Positions 1 through 8,622 of a stretch of DNA of 64,000 bases are shown here, one piece after another. A program made the translations under genes and the position numbers. Source of the DNA: Chthoniobacteraceae bacterium (GTDB lineage: Bacteria > Verrucomicrobiota > Verrucomicrobiia > Chthoniobacterales > Chthoniobacteraceae). The stretch covers positions 1 through 64,000 of the forward strand of contig JANNWY010000325.1 of the NCBI GenBank assembly GCA_031409335.1. Reading direction: 5' to 3'. The stretch's first letter is position 1; each line of letters opens with the position of its first letter. Below the pieces are notes generated by a model. That model saw only the letters and a list, made by a program, of their open reading frames with translations, ran no database searches and was not told where the DNA came from.

Positions 1-76
1 AAGCGGAGCCCCCTCGGCAGAACCACCCACAAAGCAGCTCCCGTATTGACCTCAATCCCCGAATCATCCACCACTC

Positions 77-661
77 TCACACGCCACCCCGCCATAGCTT
101 AATTGCTAGCCACTCTGGCCGGATTCCGGGGTCCACCTCAAAATCAGGAATTTCCCTGGGATTAACAGGATCGCCTTCCAGTTTTATTCGCGGAAGCTCG
201 ATATAGAATTGTTCAGACAATTCATCTTCAATTAGATATTTTCCCACAGTCAAATAAGCTTCTACGCCAAGTCCCTGAAGCTCTTTCACTACGGTTTTAG
301 CCTGACTGTATATTGCACTGCTATCGCCGTTTCTTTCCCTCTCGGCTGCCCCTGCGATGTTGAGATTAACGCGTTTTGTTTCCACGGGGTAGTTCCCGTC
401 ATAGGACTTGGCTCTGATCTTATCGCTCCAAAAGCACTTTCCCTCACGGTCTTCTGTATGCTTATCGACAACGGAGGCATACTGTATAAAGCCACAGACT
501 TTAGGGAGTGGCGCTGCCTCCATACGTTTCCAAATGTCGTGCGAGTCCTTGCCCACATATCCAAGCATTATATCTGCGTGTCCTACCAACTTCTTCTCCC
601 GAAAATTTCGCTTCGTACAGTTACGCGCGGCGACCAGAGCATAGTCACAACCGACGCTCAC
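77..661 (-). CDS. Hypothetical protein
   Basis: 194-aa AT-rich ORF with natural composition; no recognised motif; start uncertain. Confidence 0.55.
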   Translation of the reverse strand: MSVGCDYALVAARNCTKRNFREKKLVGHADIMLGYVGKDSHDIWKRMEAAPLPKVCGFIQYASVVDKHTEDREGKCFWSDKIRAKSYDGNYPVETKRVNLNIAGAAERERNGDSSAIYSQAKTVVKELQGLGVEAYLTVGKYLIEDELSEQFYIELPRIKLEGDPVNPREIPDFEVDPGIRPEWLAIKLWRGGV

Positions 662-867
662 TGGATTTTACGCGAATATGCCAGATAACAATATGAATAA
701 AATGTTACAGTTTCTTTACAATGGTAAGTAGCCGCTTTTACTGAATAAAGTTTTCGCATCCTGGCTGCTATGAGCGGACTAGAGATAAAACGCCGCTTGC
801 GCCTCATCGGAGTCCAGAGGTCCCGACCTCTGGCGCGCGGGGTTTGGGGGCGCTGCTAGCCCCCAAT

Positions 868-902
868 AAAAGCAAAGCGGCTGGCCCCGAAGGGACAGCC
901 GC
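868..902 (-). terminator. Rho-independent terminator downstream of the ardC operon
   Basis: Minus strand reads GCGGCTGTCCC-TTCG-GGGCCAGCCGC followed by TTTGCTTTT, 18 nt after the stop at 921. Confidence 0.65.
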
Positions 903-920
903 CGCCATTTCTGGCCGCTT

Positions 921-1151
921 TCAGCGCGGCAATGCCGCCATGTGGAGGTGCAACCGGCGGTCTTTTGCCATGCTGCATGAGAGTAAGACGGCGCTGCCGT
1001 AGCTGAGGCACCGGTAAACGGTGCTCATGGGCTTCTGGTCGGCTGCTGCGACAATGGCGACCTGCCAGACGGGCTGCGCCCTTCCCTTGCGCTTCACGCG
1101 CGCGGTGTGCGGGCCGGTCATTTGAACGATGGCGGATGTTGTGGCGTTCAT
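921..1151 (-). CDS. Small hypothetical protein downstream of ardC
   Basis: ATG at 1151, 4 nt after the ardC stop; 76 aa; followed by a terminator. Confidence 0.5.
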   Translation of the reverse strand: MNATTSAIVQMTGPHTARVKRKGRAQPVWQVAIVAAADQKPMSTVYRCLSYGSAVLLSCSMAKDRRLHLHMAALPR

Positions 1152-1155
1152 CGGT

Positions 1156-2043
1156 TCACGCCTCCGGTTGAGTGTTGAGGATGAAATCCGCGGCCTTCTG
1201 CGCCTGCGACGCGGCACGGATGATCCAGCCTTTGGCATCCTTCGACTTCAAAGCGTCAATCCAGCCCTGCAAATACGCAGCGGAGTTCTCAAGCTCGGCT
1301 TCAATGATTCCCGCGTGAGCGCAAAGGAATGATGCGCCCATTTCGGCGACAAGCTCCTCCTCGGCGTAGGTCTTGCGCGCCTCACCTTCGGCGTCGATGC
1401 CTTTGTTTTCGAGAAGTGACGCACGGGCAAGGCGTGATTGATGGCCTGTCGAGTGTGATAGCTCATGAAAAAGCGTTGAAAAATACGCTTCCTCGCTGGT
1501 GAAAAACCGGCGCTCCGGCATGTGGACGCTATCCGTTGAGGGACGATAGCAGGGAACGGCGCTTCCCTCCCGCATCGCTGGCGCTTTAGGCATACCGGCG
1601 ATGATCTCGCGGGCACGGTTGCAAACGTCACTGGCTGCAAGCTCTGGCGCTGCTTCTGGTTCGGGGAAAGTGATTCCTTCAATCTGCGAAGCGTGAAACA
1701 CGGTGTAACCTTTGAGAAACTTGCGCTTCTCCTCGGCGGATTCGCCACCGGCTGCGCCCTCGGTCTCTTTGGTGTAGGTGCCGTATTTGATGACGAGCGA
1801 ACCCTTCTCGCCTTTCCTAACGTGTCCGCCTAGTTCCTTGGCCTGTAGAAAGGTGAGGAAATAGGGTGATGTGTAGCGAAGGCTACCAAGTAAGAAAACA
1901 TTGATTCCCTGATACCTTTTGCCGGATGAGAAGTTGCGGGGAAAGCCTACCTTTGAAAAGTAAGGTGACTTCCAAGGGCAAACCCCTTGTTCTAGCTGTG
2001 TGATGATGCGTTGTGTTACTTCGGTGTAGATGTCGTAGTTCAT
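1156..2043 (-). CDS. ardC: Antirestriction protein ArdC (ssDNA-binding plus zincin-like domain)
   Basis: Motifs PW, YQGIN, TFLQAKELGGHVRKGEKG, YTVF, HELSH and YAEEELVAEMGA; ATG at 2043 with GGAG upstream. Confidence 0.93.
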   Translation of the reverse strand: MNYDIYTEVTQRIITQLEQGVCPWKSPYFSKVGFPRNFSSGKRYQGINVFLLGSLRYTSPYFLTFLQAKELGGHVRKGEKGSLVIKYGTYTKETEGAAGGESAEEKRKFLKGYTVFHASQIEGITFPEPEAAPELAASDVCNRAREIIAGMPKAPAMREGSAVPCYRPSTDSVHMPERRFFTSEEAYFSTLFHELSHSTGHQSRLARASLLENKGIDAEGEARKTYAEEELVAEMGASFLCAHAGIIEAELENSAAYLQGWIDALKSKDAKGWIIRAASQAQKAADFILNTQPEA

Positions 2044-2291
2044 AAGTGTCTCCAAGTTTTGTGTTTGCAAAAAGCTCTGGGCTTTTGAAAAACATGGTGA
2101 CCAAACGCCGACGGGAATAAGGTGGGGCGTCATAGGGAGGCTCCGACGGAGGGTTCCCGAAAGTCCCGCAATGGACGCAGCGAAGACGCGCCATGAGGAC
2201 AATTTTGGGATACCGTTGGATGCCCTTGACGAACCTCCGCCCGTTGGCATCGAAGCCTACGGAGCGAGGCATGAGCGCAGAGGCGCACCTA

Positions 2292-2784
2292 AGCCGCGCG
2301 AAGACGCGGCTAACTAAATGACACGTAGCACCGCTTCGCGGTGGCCCAGCCGTGGGCAACGGCGGGGGCTAAGCCAACGTGAAGCTGCGCTTGGTGTTCA
2401 AACGGCAGGTAATGGCACGGTCTGGCTTGCCGACGCGTGGAGTTACGGGCGGAAGAGACGGCCAGTCGGTGCCATGCGGTGCGGAGCATCCAAATGGAGT
2501 GGCGGCGGAATGCCTCCGCGACAGCGGCAAGCCTCCCCGAGAAAGCGACGGTCGGCCCTGCCCGCAGCGATCGGACGGAAGCAAGGGAGGACGCATCGCG
2601 AGGACAGGGCCGACGGTCGCAATGTCCGCGCATGAAAAGCGAGTCTGCCGCTTTGAGCAGTCTCGCTTGCGCCTGACTACTCCCGGCAAATGCCGGCGTG
2701 GGGGCGTTGCGGGGAACTCCCCGCTGGAATGGGGAGCGGGAGCCGCTGCGGCTCCCGCGTGGGGAAAGTCTTTTCCCCAGCCTC
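2292..2784 (+). repeat. Structured direct repeat copy 1 (extended, with extra internal hairpins)
   Basis: Head CCGCGCGAAGACGCGG..GACAC; core 2639-2784 GCGAGTCTGCCGCTTTG..GCGTGGGGAAAGTCTTTTCCCC shared with copies 2-4. Confidence 0.9.
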
Positions 2785-2877
2785 TTACTCAACATTGTAT
2801 TCGTTTGCTTCGTTGTGCTCCACTTCGGTAACAATGGTCGAAGCTCTACGACCGCGAGAGGGGACCGTTGGATAGAG

Positions 2878-3345
2878 TTACGCCACCTCTTCATGTGTCT
2901 CAATGAGTCTGCCATCTTGGACGTGCCACTCAAGTACGCGGTGCTGTAATCGACTAAAGCCAATCAGCAAGTCTCCGAGTCGGTTCACGTCCGCGACGTT
3001 CGCCTTTATCGAGAATTCGCTTATCTCTCTGCTTGGGGGCTCCTCGTTATTGTTTAGTCGGATGAGCACAGCGCAATGACCTGTCGAATCGAGCGGCTTC
3101 ACCCTAAAGCTAAGGAAAAAGGCGAAACGGTCTTTCGGCTCTTCGGAGCCGAGTTCGTAAACGACCGCCTCACTGCTGGCCCCTGTGAAATCCACGAGTT
3201 GTTTACCGAGCGTCTTCAAATCGTCGGCGTTGCAGTAGTATTCGAGAGTGCTGTTGACTCGTCCGTTTGATGCCTCGATGTGCAGATTCAGATGGAAGGG
3301 TTCCTCGTAAGGATACCGTGTTATCCTGATGCCTGACGTGTTCAT
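2878..3345 (-). CDS. Hypothetical protein (cargo between repeat copies 1 and 2)
   Basis: 155-aa ORF with globular composition. Confidence 0.75.
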   Translation of the reverse strand: MNTSGIRITRYPYEEPFHLNLHIEASNGRVNSTLEYYCNADDLKTLGKQLVDFTGASSEAVVYELGSEEPKDRFAFFLSFRVKPLDSTGHCAVLIRLNNNEEPPSREISEFSIKANVADVNRLGDLLIGFSRLQHRVLEWHVQDGRLIETHEEVA

Positions 3346-3430
3346 GGTGCGCTAACAATAGTTCAGATAGAATTACCCTGTTACCGCCGTTATATTCTAT
3401 TTACTTCGGAGAGGCAACCGAGTATCGGAG

Positions 3431-3548
3431 GGGCCTGCGCCATGCTGCCCTCGGCGCTTGCGCCGACATCGGGGCGTTACGGGGTGTCCCCGTTAGAATG
3501 GGGAGTGAAAGACGCTGCGGCTTGCGCGTGGGGAAAGTCCTTTCCCCA
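3431..3548 (+). repeat. Structured direct repeat copy 2 (3' part only)
   Basis: GCCCTCGGCGCTTGCGCCGA..GTTACGGGGTGTCCCCGTTAGAATGGGAG..GCGTGGGGAAAGTCCTTTCCCC. Confidence 0.9.
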
Positions 3549-3731
3549 CAAAAAGATGAACTAGAACGTATTTACGAAACATCAAGAAAAGCCACTCGGT
3601 ATTAACTCATTGTTATTTAGGCAAAAAAGCCGTCCGCGTCATCTTGTAATAAAACCTTAACAAAATTAGCGATGACACCGCAACTGTGACGATGCTAAAA
3701 TGAACATTGTTAATTTGAATAGGAATGGCAT

Positions 3732-4358
3732 ATGTCCGATGATTATACGGCAAGAATGGAAAAGGCGATTGCGCAGGCGCGCTCGGCGGTTGCCGAAATA
3801 AACAAGAAGGAGCGAAGCGTTAACGCAACAGCAGCACTGTTGGTAGGCGTGTCAACGGGAGACCCTCTATTCGCCGCAGCACAAATTGCTGCTAGTGAGA
3901 AGCTACCGACGATGTTGGACAGCATAGGCGATAGTGCTCGTAATACCACGTTAGAACGCATGATTGATAGTGCTGGTAAAACCACGTTAGAACGCATGAA
4001 CGATAGTGCTCGTAATGCTAATTCCGGTAGCAACATGATCCTGCCAAGTGGCGTTGTAATGGATGCTGGCACAGCTCCAGCGAATCGGGGTAATAAGCTT
4101 GAGGCTGATCCTCTTAACCTGATTGCTACAGGGCCCGACGAGCGTGTAGAAAAGCAAGCTCCAACAATACCGAGGGATGATATCGACGCAGCAGGCGCGG
4201 CTTTGCGTGCCGCGACAAAAGAAGCGGCTACCTTGCCAAAAGAAGCGACTACCTTAGAGCAAATAGGTAGTAGCATGAAAAATACGAGTTCCTCTATTCT
4301 ACCACCGCCTACGCCTAGCGGTGAGAACAATAGGAACGAGTCCTTCGGAAGACAGTAG
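3732..4358 (+). CDS. Hypothetical low-complexity protein with internal repeats
   Basis: 208-aa ORF with AGGA upstream; tandem DSA(R/G)xTTLERM repeats. Confidence 0.65.
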   Translation: MSDDYTARMEKAIAQARSAVAEINKKERSVNATAALLVGVSTGDPLFAAAQIAASEKLPTMLDSIGDSARNTTLERMIDSAGKTTLERMNDSARNANSGSNMILPSGVVMDAGTAPANRGNKLEADPLNLIATGPDERVEKQAPTIPRDDIDAAGAALRAATKEAATLPKEATTLEQIGSSMKNTSSSILPPPTPSGENNRNESFGRQ

Positions 4359-4371
4359 AAATTGCAGCCCG

Positions 4372-4637
4372 GTCGCGCGAAGACGCGGCCAACATCCACT
4401 GACACGATAAGCGGTTGAATCGGCCAGAGTACAGCGACAGCGAAACGTGCCGTTCAATCGCTTTTGGTGTCCGCCGCCAGCGCGCAGAAAAGCGGGCCTG
4501 CCGCTTTGGGCAGTCTCGCTGTGCGCTGCCCTGCCCTCGGCGAATGCCGACTTCGGGGCGTTACGGGGTATCCCCGTTAGAATGGGGAGCGAGAGACGCT
4601 GCGGCTCCCGCGTGGGGAAAGACTTTTCCCCAGCCTC
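4372..4637 (+). repeat. Structured direct repeat copy 3 (full length)
   Basis: Aligns end to end with copy 4 and with both ends of copy 1. Confidence 0.92.
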
Positions 4638-4646
4638 AAAACCCCG

Positions 4647-4675
4647 TTGACAATGTGTAACCTATACGTTACACT
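4647..4675 (+). promoter_or_regulatory. Sigma70 promoter of the TA operon with overlapping operator
   Basis: TTGACA (4647-4652), 17-nt spacer, TACACT (4670-4675); inverted repeat GTGTAAC-N6-GTTACAC at 4655-4674. Confidence 0.8.
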
Positions 4676-4703
4676 TAGAAATCACTAAAGCTGGAGAATC
4701 ATT

Positions 4704-5039
4704 TTGCTCAAGCCTGGCCACTATGAAGTCCTTGTTTACCACGACCGTTCGGGGGAAAGCCCTTATCTCAAGTGGCTGGACTCGCTGGACTGGAAGACAC
4801 AGGAACGCATTCTCAGTAGGGTGGCGCGAGCGAAACACGGCCAGTTCGGAGATTTCAAGGCGCTCGATACCGGACTCTACGAGATGCGGCTATTTTTTGG
4901 CCCCGGATACCGCGTGTATTTCGGGGAGCACAAAGGACGGGTGATTTTACTTCTAACGGGAGGCGACAAATCCACCCAGCGGAAGGACATCGCGAAAGCG
5001 AAAGAATACTGGAGCATTTATTTGGAGGACAACCGATGA
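4704..5039 (+). CDS. Type II TA toxin, RelE/ParE-like addiction module killer protein (HigB-like order)
   Basis: GESPYLKWLDSL, GQFGDFK, GLYEMRLFFGPGYRVYF, LLLTGGDKSTQRKDIAKAK. Confidence 0.9.
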   Translation: MLKPGHYEVLVYHDRSGESPYLKWLDSLDWKTQERILSRVARAKHGQFGDFKALDTGLYEMRLFFGPGYRVYFGEHKGRVILLLTGGDKSTQRKDIAKAKEYWSIYLEDNR

Positions 5040-5374
5040 AAAAGAACACGAAAAGCACCGGCGTTTCACTCGATGAGATTCGACTCGAACGCCTCAAAGA
5101 TTCCAAGCGCGCCAACTTTGCCACGAAGCTGGCATTGCAGGAATTTGAAAAAGACAACGACGTTGCCGCCCTCCTCGACACGCTGCGCCTCGTCGCCCAA
5201 GCGCAAGGCGGGCTTGCCGGTTTGGCCCGCAAAACCTCAGTGAGCCGCAAGGCGCTGCACGAGGCGCTTTCGTCGGAGGGCAACCCGCGCCTGCGCACGT
5301 TTCAAAGCGTCCTCGATGGCCTCGGCATCCGCATGAGTTTCAAGCCGGTCAACCGGCCAATTCCCGCGCGCTAA
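5036..5374 (+). CDS. Addiction module antidote protein (Xre/HTH)
   Basis: ATGA overlap with toxin; GGLAGLARKTSVSRKALHEALSSEGNPRLRT HTH signature. Confidence 0.9.
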   Translation: MKKNTKSTGVSLDEIRLERLKDSKRANFATKLALQEFEKDNDVAALLDTLRLVAQAQGGLAGLARKTSVSRKALHEALSSEGNPRLRTFQSVLDGLGIRMSFKPVNRPIPAR

Positions 5375-5618
5375 AGCGCGGCAAACTTCCCCGACACGAG
5401 AAGAGCTTGCAACGGCGGAAGCGAAGCGTGCCGTTCAAGCTCTTTTGGTGTCCCGCCATAATCGCGCAGAATACGCGAGTCTGCCGCTTTGGGCAGTCTC
5501 GCGATATGCCAAGCCGCCCTCGGCGCTTGCGCCGACCTCGGGGGCGTTGCGGGGAACTCCCCGCTGGAATGGGTAGCGGGAGACGCTGCGACTGCCGCGT
5601 GGGGAAAGTCTTTTCCCC
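5364..5618 (+). repeat. Structured direct repeat copy 4 (full length, overlaps antitoxin stop)
   Basis: Aligns with copy 3 with compensatory base changes in stems. Confidence 0.92.
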
Positions 5619-5734
5619 GAGGAAATAAGCTGCTAAAAGATTATCTCCATCAGTCTCCTTTTTGGAAAAACGAGGTCACTGAATGAGCGAAAAATCAATT
5701 ACCCACCCGAACGACAAGACGGAATAAGGAAACT

Positions 5735-7375
5735 ATGCACTGGATAGCCTCTACGGAAAAAGACTCCGCGTCGAATGCACTAGAAAAGCGACTTTGGGAT
5801 GCTGCCGACCAGTTTCGGGCAAACTCGGGGCTTAAAGCTCAGGAGTATTCCGCGCCCGTGCTCGGTCTGATTTTTCTGCGCTTTGCCGAAGTTCGCTTTG
5901 CCGCGCAGCGGGCAAAACTTGAAAAATCTTCATCGTCATCTCGTCGCGGTTCGCGCGTTGACGAGTCTGCGGCGTATCACGCCGAAGGGGTGCTTTATCT
6001 ATCGAAAGAGGCGCGCTTTGATTTCCTGCTCACTCTGCCCGAAGGGGCGGATATAGGTGCGAAGGTCAATGAAGCGATGCGCGACATTGAAAAGCACAAT
6101 CCGTCGCTCGCGGGCGTTCTTCCCAAGAGTTACAACCTCTTTACGAGCACGCTGCTTAAGGAACTACTGAAAAAGGTTTCTGAGATTCCTGCGTCGGTGG
6201 ACTACGACGCCTTTGGACGCATCTACGAATACTTTCTCGGCGAGTTCGCCCGCACGGAAGGTCAGAAAGGCGGGGAATTCTACACACCGAGTGGCATTGT
6301 TCGTTTGCTCACGGAAGTCATCGAACCGTATCACGGGCGCATACTGGACCCCGCGTGCGGTTCGGGTGGCATGTTCGTCTCCTCGGCGCGCTTCGTCTCC
6401 GAGCATAAGCAGAATCCCGCCGCGGAACTCTCCATCCACGGCGTCGAGAAAACCGATGAAACCGGACGCCTGTGTCGCCTAAATCTAGCCATCCACGGCC
6501 TCGAAGGCGAAATCAAACACGGCGGCAACATCAACAGCTACTACGACGACCCGCACGACGCCACGGGCCGATTTGACTTCGTCCTCGCCAACCCGCCGTT
6601 CAACGTCAATGCCGTGGACAAGGAGCGGTTGAAGGAAATGGTCGGACAGGGCCGCCGCTTCCCCTTCGGGCTGCCGCGCACCGACAACGCCAATTACCTT
6701 TGGATTCAACTCTTTCACTCCGCGCTCAATGAAAAGGGGAGAGCCGGATTCGTCATGGCGGGCGGCGCGGAAAGCGCCGGTGGGTCAGAAAAGGAAATTC
6801 GGAAACAGCTAATTGAAAGCTGCGCGGTGGATGTAATTGTCGCCGTCGGCCCGAAGATGTTCTACACGGTACCGCTCGGTTGCGTTCTTTGGTTTCTCGA
6901 TCGTGGCAAAAGAAACACACCTCGCGGTGACAAGGTGCTCTTCATTGATGCGAGGCACATCTTTCGGCAAGTGGATCGTGCTCACCGTGAGTGGACACCA
7001 GACCAGCTTCGGCTGCTCGCTGAATTGGTCAGGAACTACCGCGGTGAGAAGCGAAGCGACGATTGGCAACCGCCGTGGGACGAAATCACGCTCCCCGACT
7101 CTTTGAAGGCTGAACTCCGCAGGGCTTTCGTGGCGGGCCGCCACATCGACATTCCCGGACTATGTCGCCAAGTTTCTGTGGTTGAGATTGCGGCGAAGGG
7201 GCATACCCTCCAACCGGGGACATGGGTTGGAGTGACGCCGGGCGAGGCAGTGGATGATGACGACTTCAAGCAACAGCTCGAAACGATGAGCAAGGAACTC
7301 GAAACCCTTAACGCCGAGGCGCGGGACATCGAACAATCCATCGCTAGTAACGTGTTGGAAATTCTGGAGGCTTGA
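5735..7375 (+). CDS. hsdM: Type I R-M methyltransferase subunit
   Basis: GEFYTP, ILDPACGSGGMF and catalytic NPPF motifs. Confidence 0.96.
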   Translation: MHWIASTEKDSASNALEKRLWDAADQFRANSGLKAQEYSAPVLGLIFLRFAEVRFAAQRAKLEKSSSSSRRGSRVDESAAYHAEGVLYLSKEARFDFLLTLPEGADIGAKVNEAMRDIEKHNPSLAGVLPKSYNLFTSTLLKELLKKVSEIPASVDYDAFGRIYEYFLGEFARTEGQKGGEFYTPSGIVRLLTEVIEPYHGRILDPACGSGGMFVSSARFVSEHKQNPAAELSIHGVEKTDETGRLCRLNLAIHGLEGEIKHGGNINSYYDDPHDATGRFDFVLANPPFNVNAVDKERLKEMVGQGRRFPFGLPRTDNANYLWIQLFHSALNEKGRAGFVMAGGAESAGGSEKEIRKQLIESCAVDVIVAVGPKMFYTVPLGCVLWFLDRGKRNTPRGDKVLFIDARHIFRQVDRAHREWTPDQLRLLAELVRNYRGEKRSDDWQPPWDEITLPDSLKAELRRAFVAGRHIDIPGLCRQVSVVEIAAKGHTLQPGTWVGVTPGEAVDDDDFKQQLETMSKELETLNAEARDIEQSIASNVLEILEA

Positions 7376-7377
7376 CG

Positions 7378-8622
7378 ATGGCAACGGCTGAATGGAAACC
7401 CGCCAAGCTAGATGAACTCGGTTTCGTTGGCCGTGGCAAATCGAGGCATCGTCCGCGCAACGCGACGTTTCTCTACGACGGTCCTTATCCTTTCTTCCAG
7501 ACTGGCGACATCAAGGCGGCGAATTTTCATCTGACCGAATACACGCAGACCTACAGCGAAGCAGGACTGGCGCAGAGCAAACTTTGGAAACCGGGAACAC
7601 TTTGCATTACCATTGCCGCGAACATTGCCGAGAATGCAATCCTCGGCATCGAGGGATGTTTCCCCGACAGTGTCGTCGGCTTCGTTGCTGACCCCAACAA
7701 GGCTGATGTCCGCTTCATCAAATACTGCATGGACACGCTCAAGCTTGGGATGCAAGGCGTGTCCCAAGGTGCAGCACAGGACAACCTGAGCGTCGAAAAG
7801 TTGCTGACGTTCGACTTTCGCGTTCCCCCGCTCCAGGTGCAACGGCGAATTGCGGGCACACTGTCGGCTTACGATGAGTTGATGGAGAACAGTCAGCAGC
7901 GCATCCGGCTCTTGGAGGCGATGGCCCGTGCCCTCTACCGCGAGTGGTTCGTTCGCTTCCGCTTCCCAGGCCACGAAAAGTTGCCGCGCATCGCCTCCTC
8001 CCTCGGCGACATCCCCAAAGGCTGGGAGGTAAAGCGGGTGCCCGAATGCGTGGACATCAGCCCGCGTGTCATCGTCCCGCGCGATGGCGAGAAACCGTTT
8101 GTGCCGATGGGCTGCCTCTCGAACGACTCGATGCTCATCACCGACATCGAATCCCGCGCTGGCAACAGCGGCGCGAAATTCCAGAACGGCGACACGCTCT
8201 TTGCTCGCATCACGCCTTGCCTGGAGAACGGCAAGACCGGCTTCGTCCAATTCCTACCCGACGCGCAAGCCGTCGGATTCGGCTCTACCGAGTTTATCGT
8301 CCTGCGCTCTCGCACACTCACACCAGAGTTCGTCTATCTGCTCGCCCGTAGTGATGAGTTTCGCGGCGTCGCCATCAAGAGCATGTCCGGCGCGACCGGA
8401 CGCCAACGAGTGCAGGAGCAATGCTTCGACGATTTCCAGATTGCCCAGCCGCCGCGCACCTTGCTCGACCGCTTCTCCGCCATTGTCGCGCCGAACTTTC
8501 GCCTCATCTACAAGCTGCATCTGCAAATTCAAAACCTCCACCGGACGCGCGACCTGCTGCTGCCGCGTCTGCTGTCGGGGCAGATTTCCCTCACGACCAA
8601 GGAAAACTATGCCAACGCCTGA
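7378..8622 (+). CDS. hsdS: Type I R-M specificity subunit
   Basis: Two TRDs separated by conserved helices (PPLQVQRRIAGTLSAYDEL..; RTRDLLLPRLLSGQI). Confidence 0.93.
   Translation: MATAEWKPAKLDELGFVGRGKSRHRPRNATFLYDGPYPFFQTGDIKAANFHLTEYTQTYSEAGLAQSKLWKPGTLCITIAANIAENAILGIEGCFPDSVVGFVADPNKADVRFIKYCMDTLKLGMQGVSQGAAQDNLSVEKLLTFDFRVPPLQVQRRIAGTLSAYDELMENSQQRIRLLEAMARALYREWFVRFRFPGHEKLPRIASSLGDIPKGWEVKRVPECVDISPRVIVPRDGEKPFVPMGCLSNDSMLITDIESRAGNSGAKFQNGDTLFARITPCLENGKTGFVQFLPDAQAVGFGSTEFIVLRSRTLTPEFVYLLARSDEFRGVAIKSMSGATGRQRVQEQCFDDFQIAQPPRTLLDRFSAIVAPNFRLIYKLHLQIQNLHRTRDLLLPRLLSGQISLTTKENYANA

Noticed and set aside
2310..2963. ORFs overlapping the structured repeats (also 4415-4660, 5407-5686)
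   Set aside because: They are translations of GC-rich palindromic repeat DNA, and reading frames are not conserved between copies.
2292..5618. CRISPR array or classical integron attC array
   Set aside because: Repeats are 120-490 bp with gene-sized spacers; no cas or intI genes; no RYYYAAC..GTTRRRY single-hairpin architecture.
8066..8608. 181-aa N-terminal extension of the SIR2 ORF
   Set aside because: Overlaps hsdS in another frame with Arg/Ser-rich junk composition; the ATG at 8609 has an RBS.
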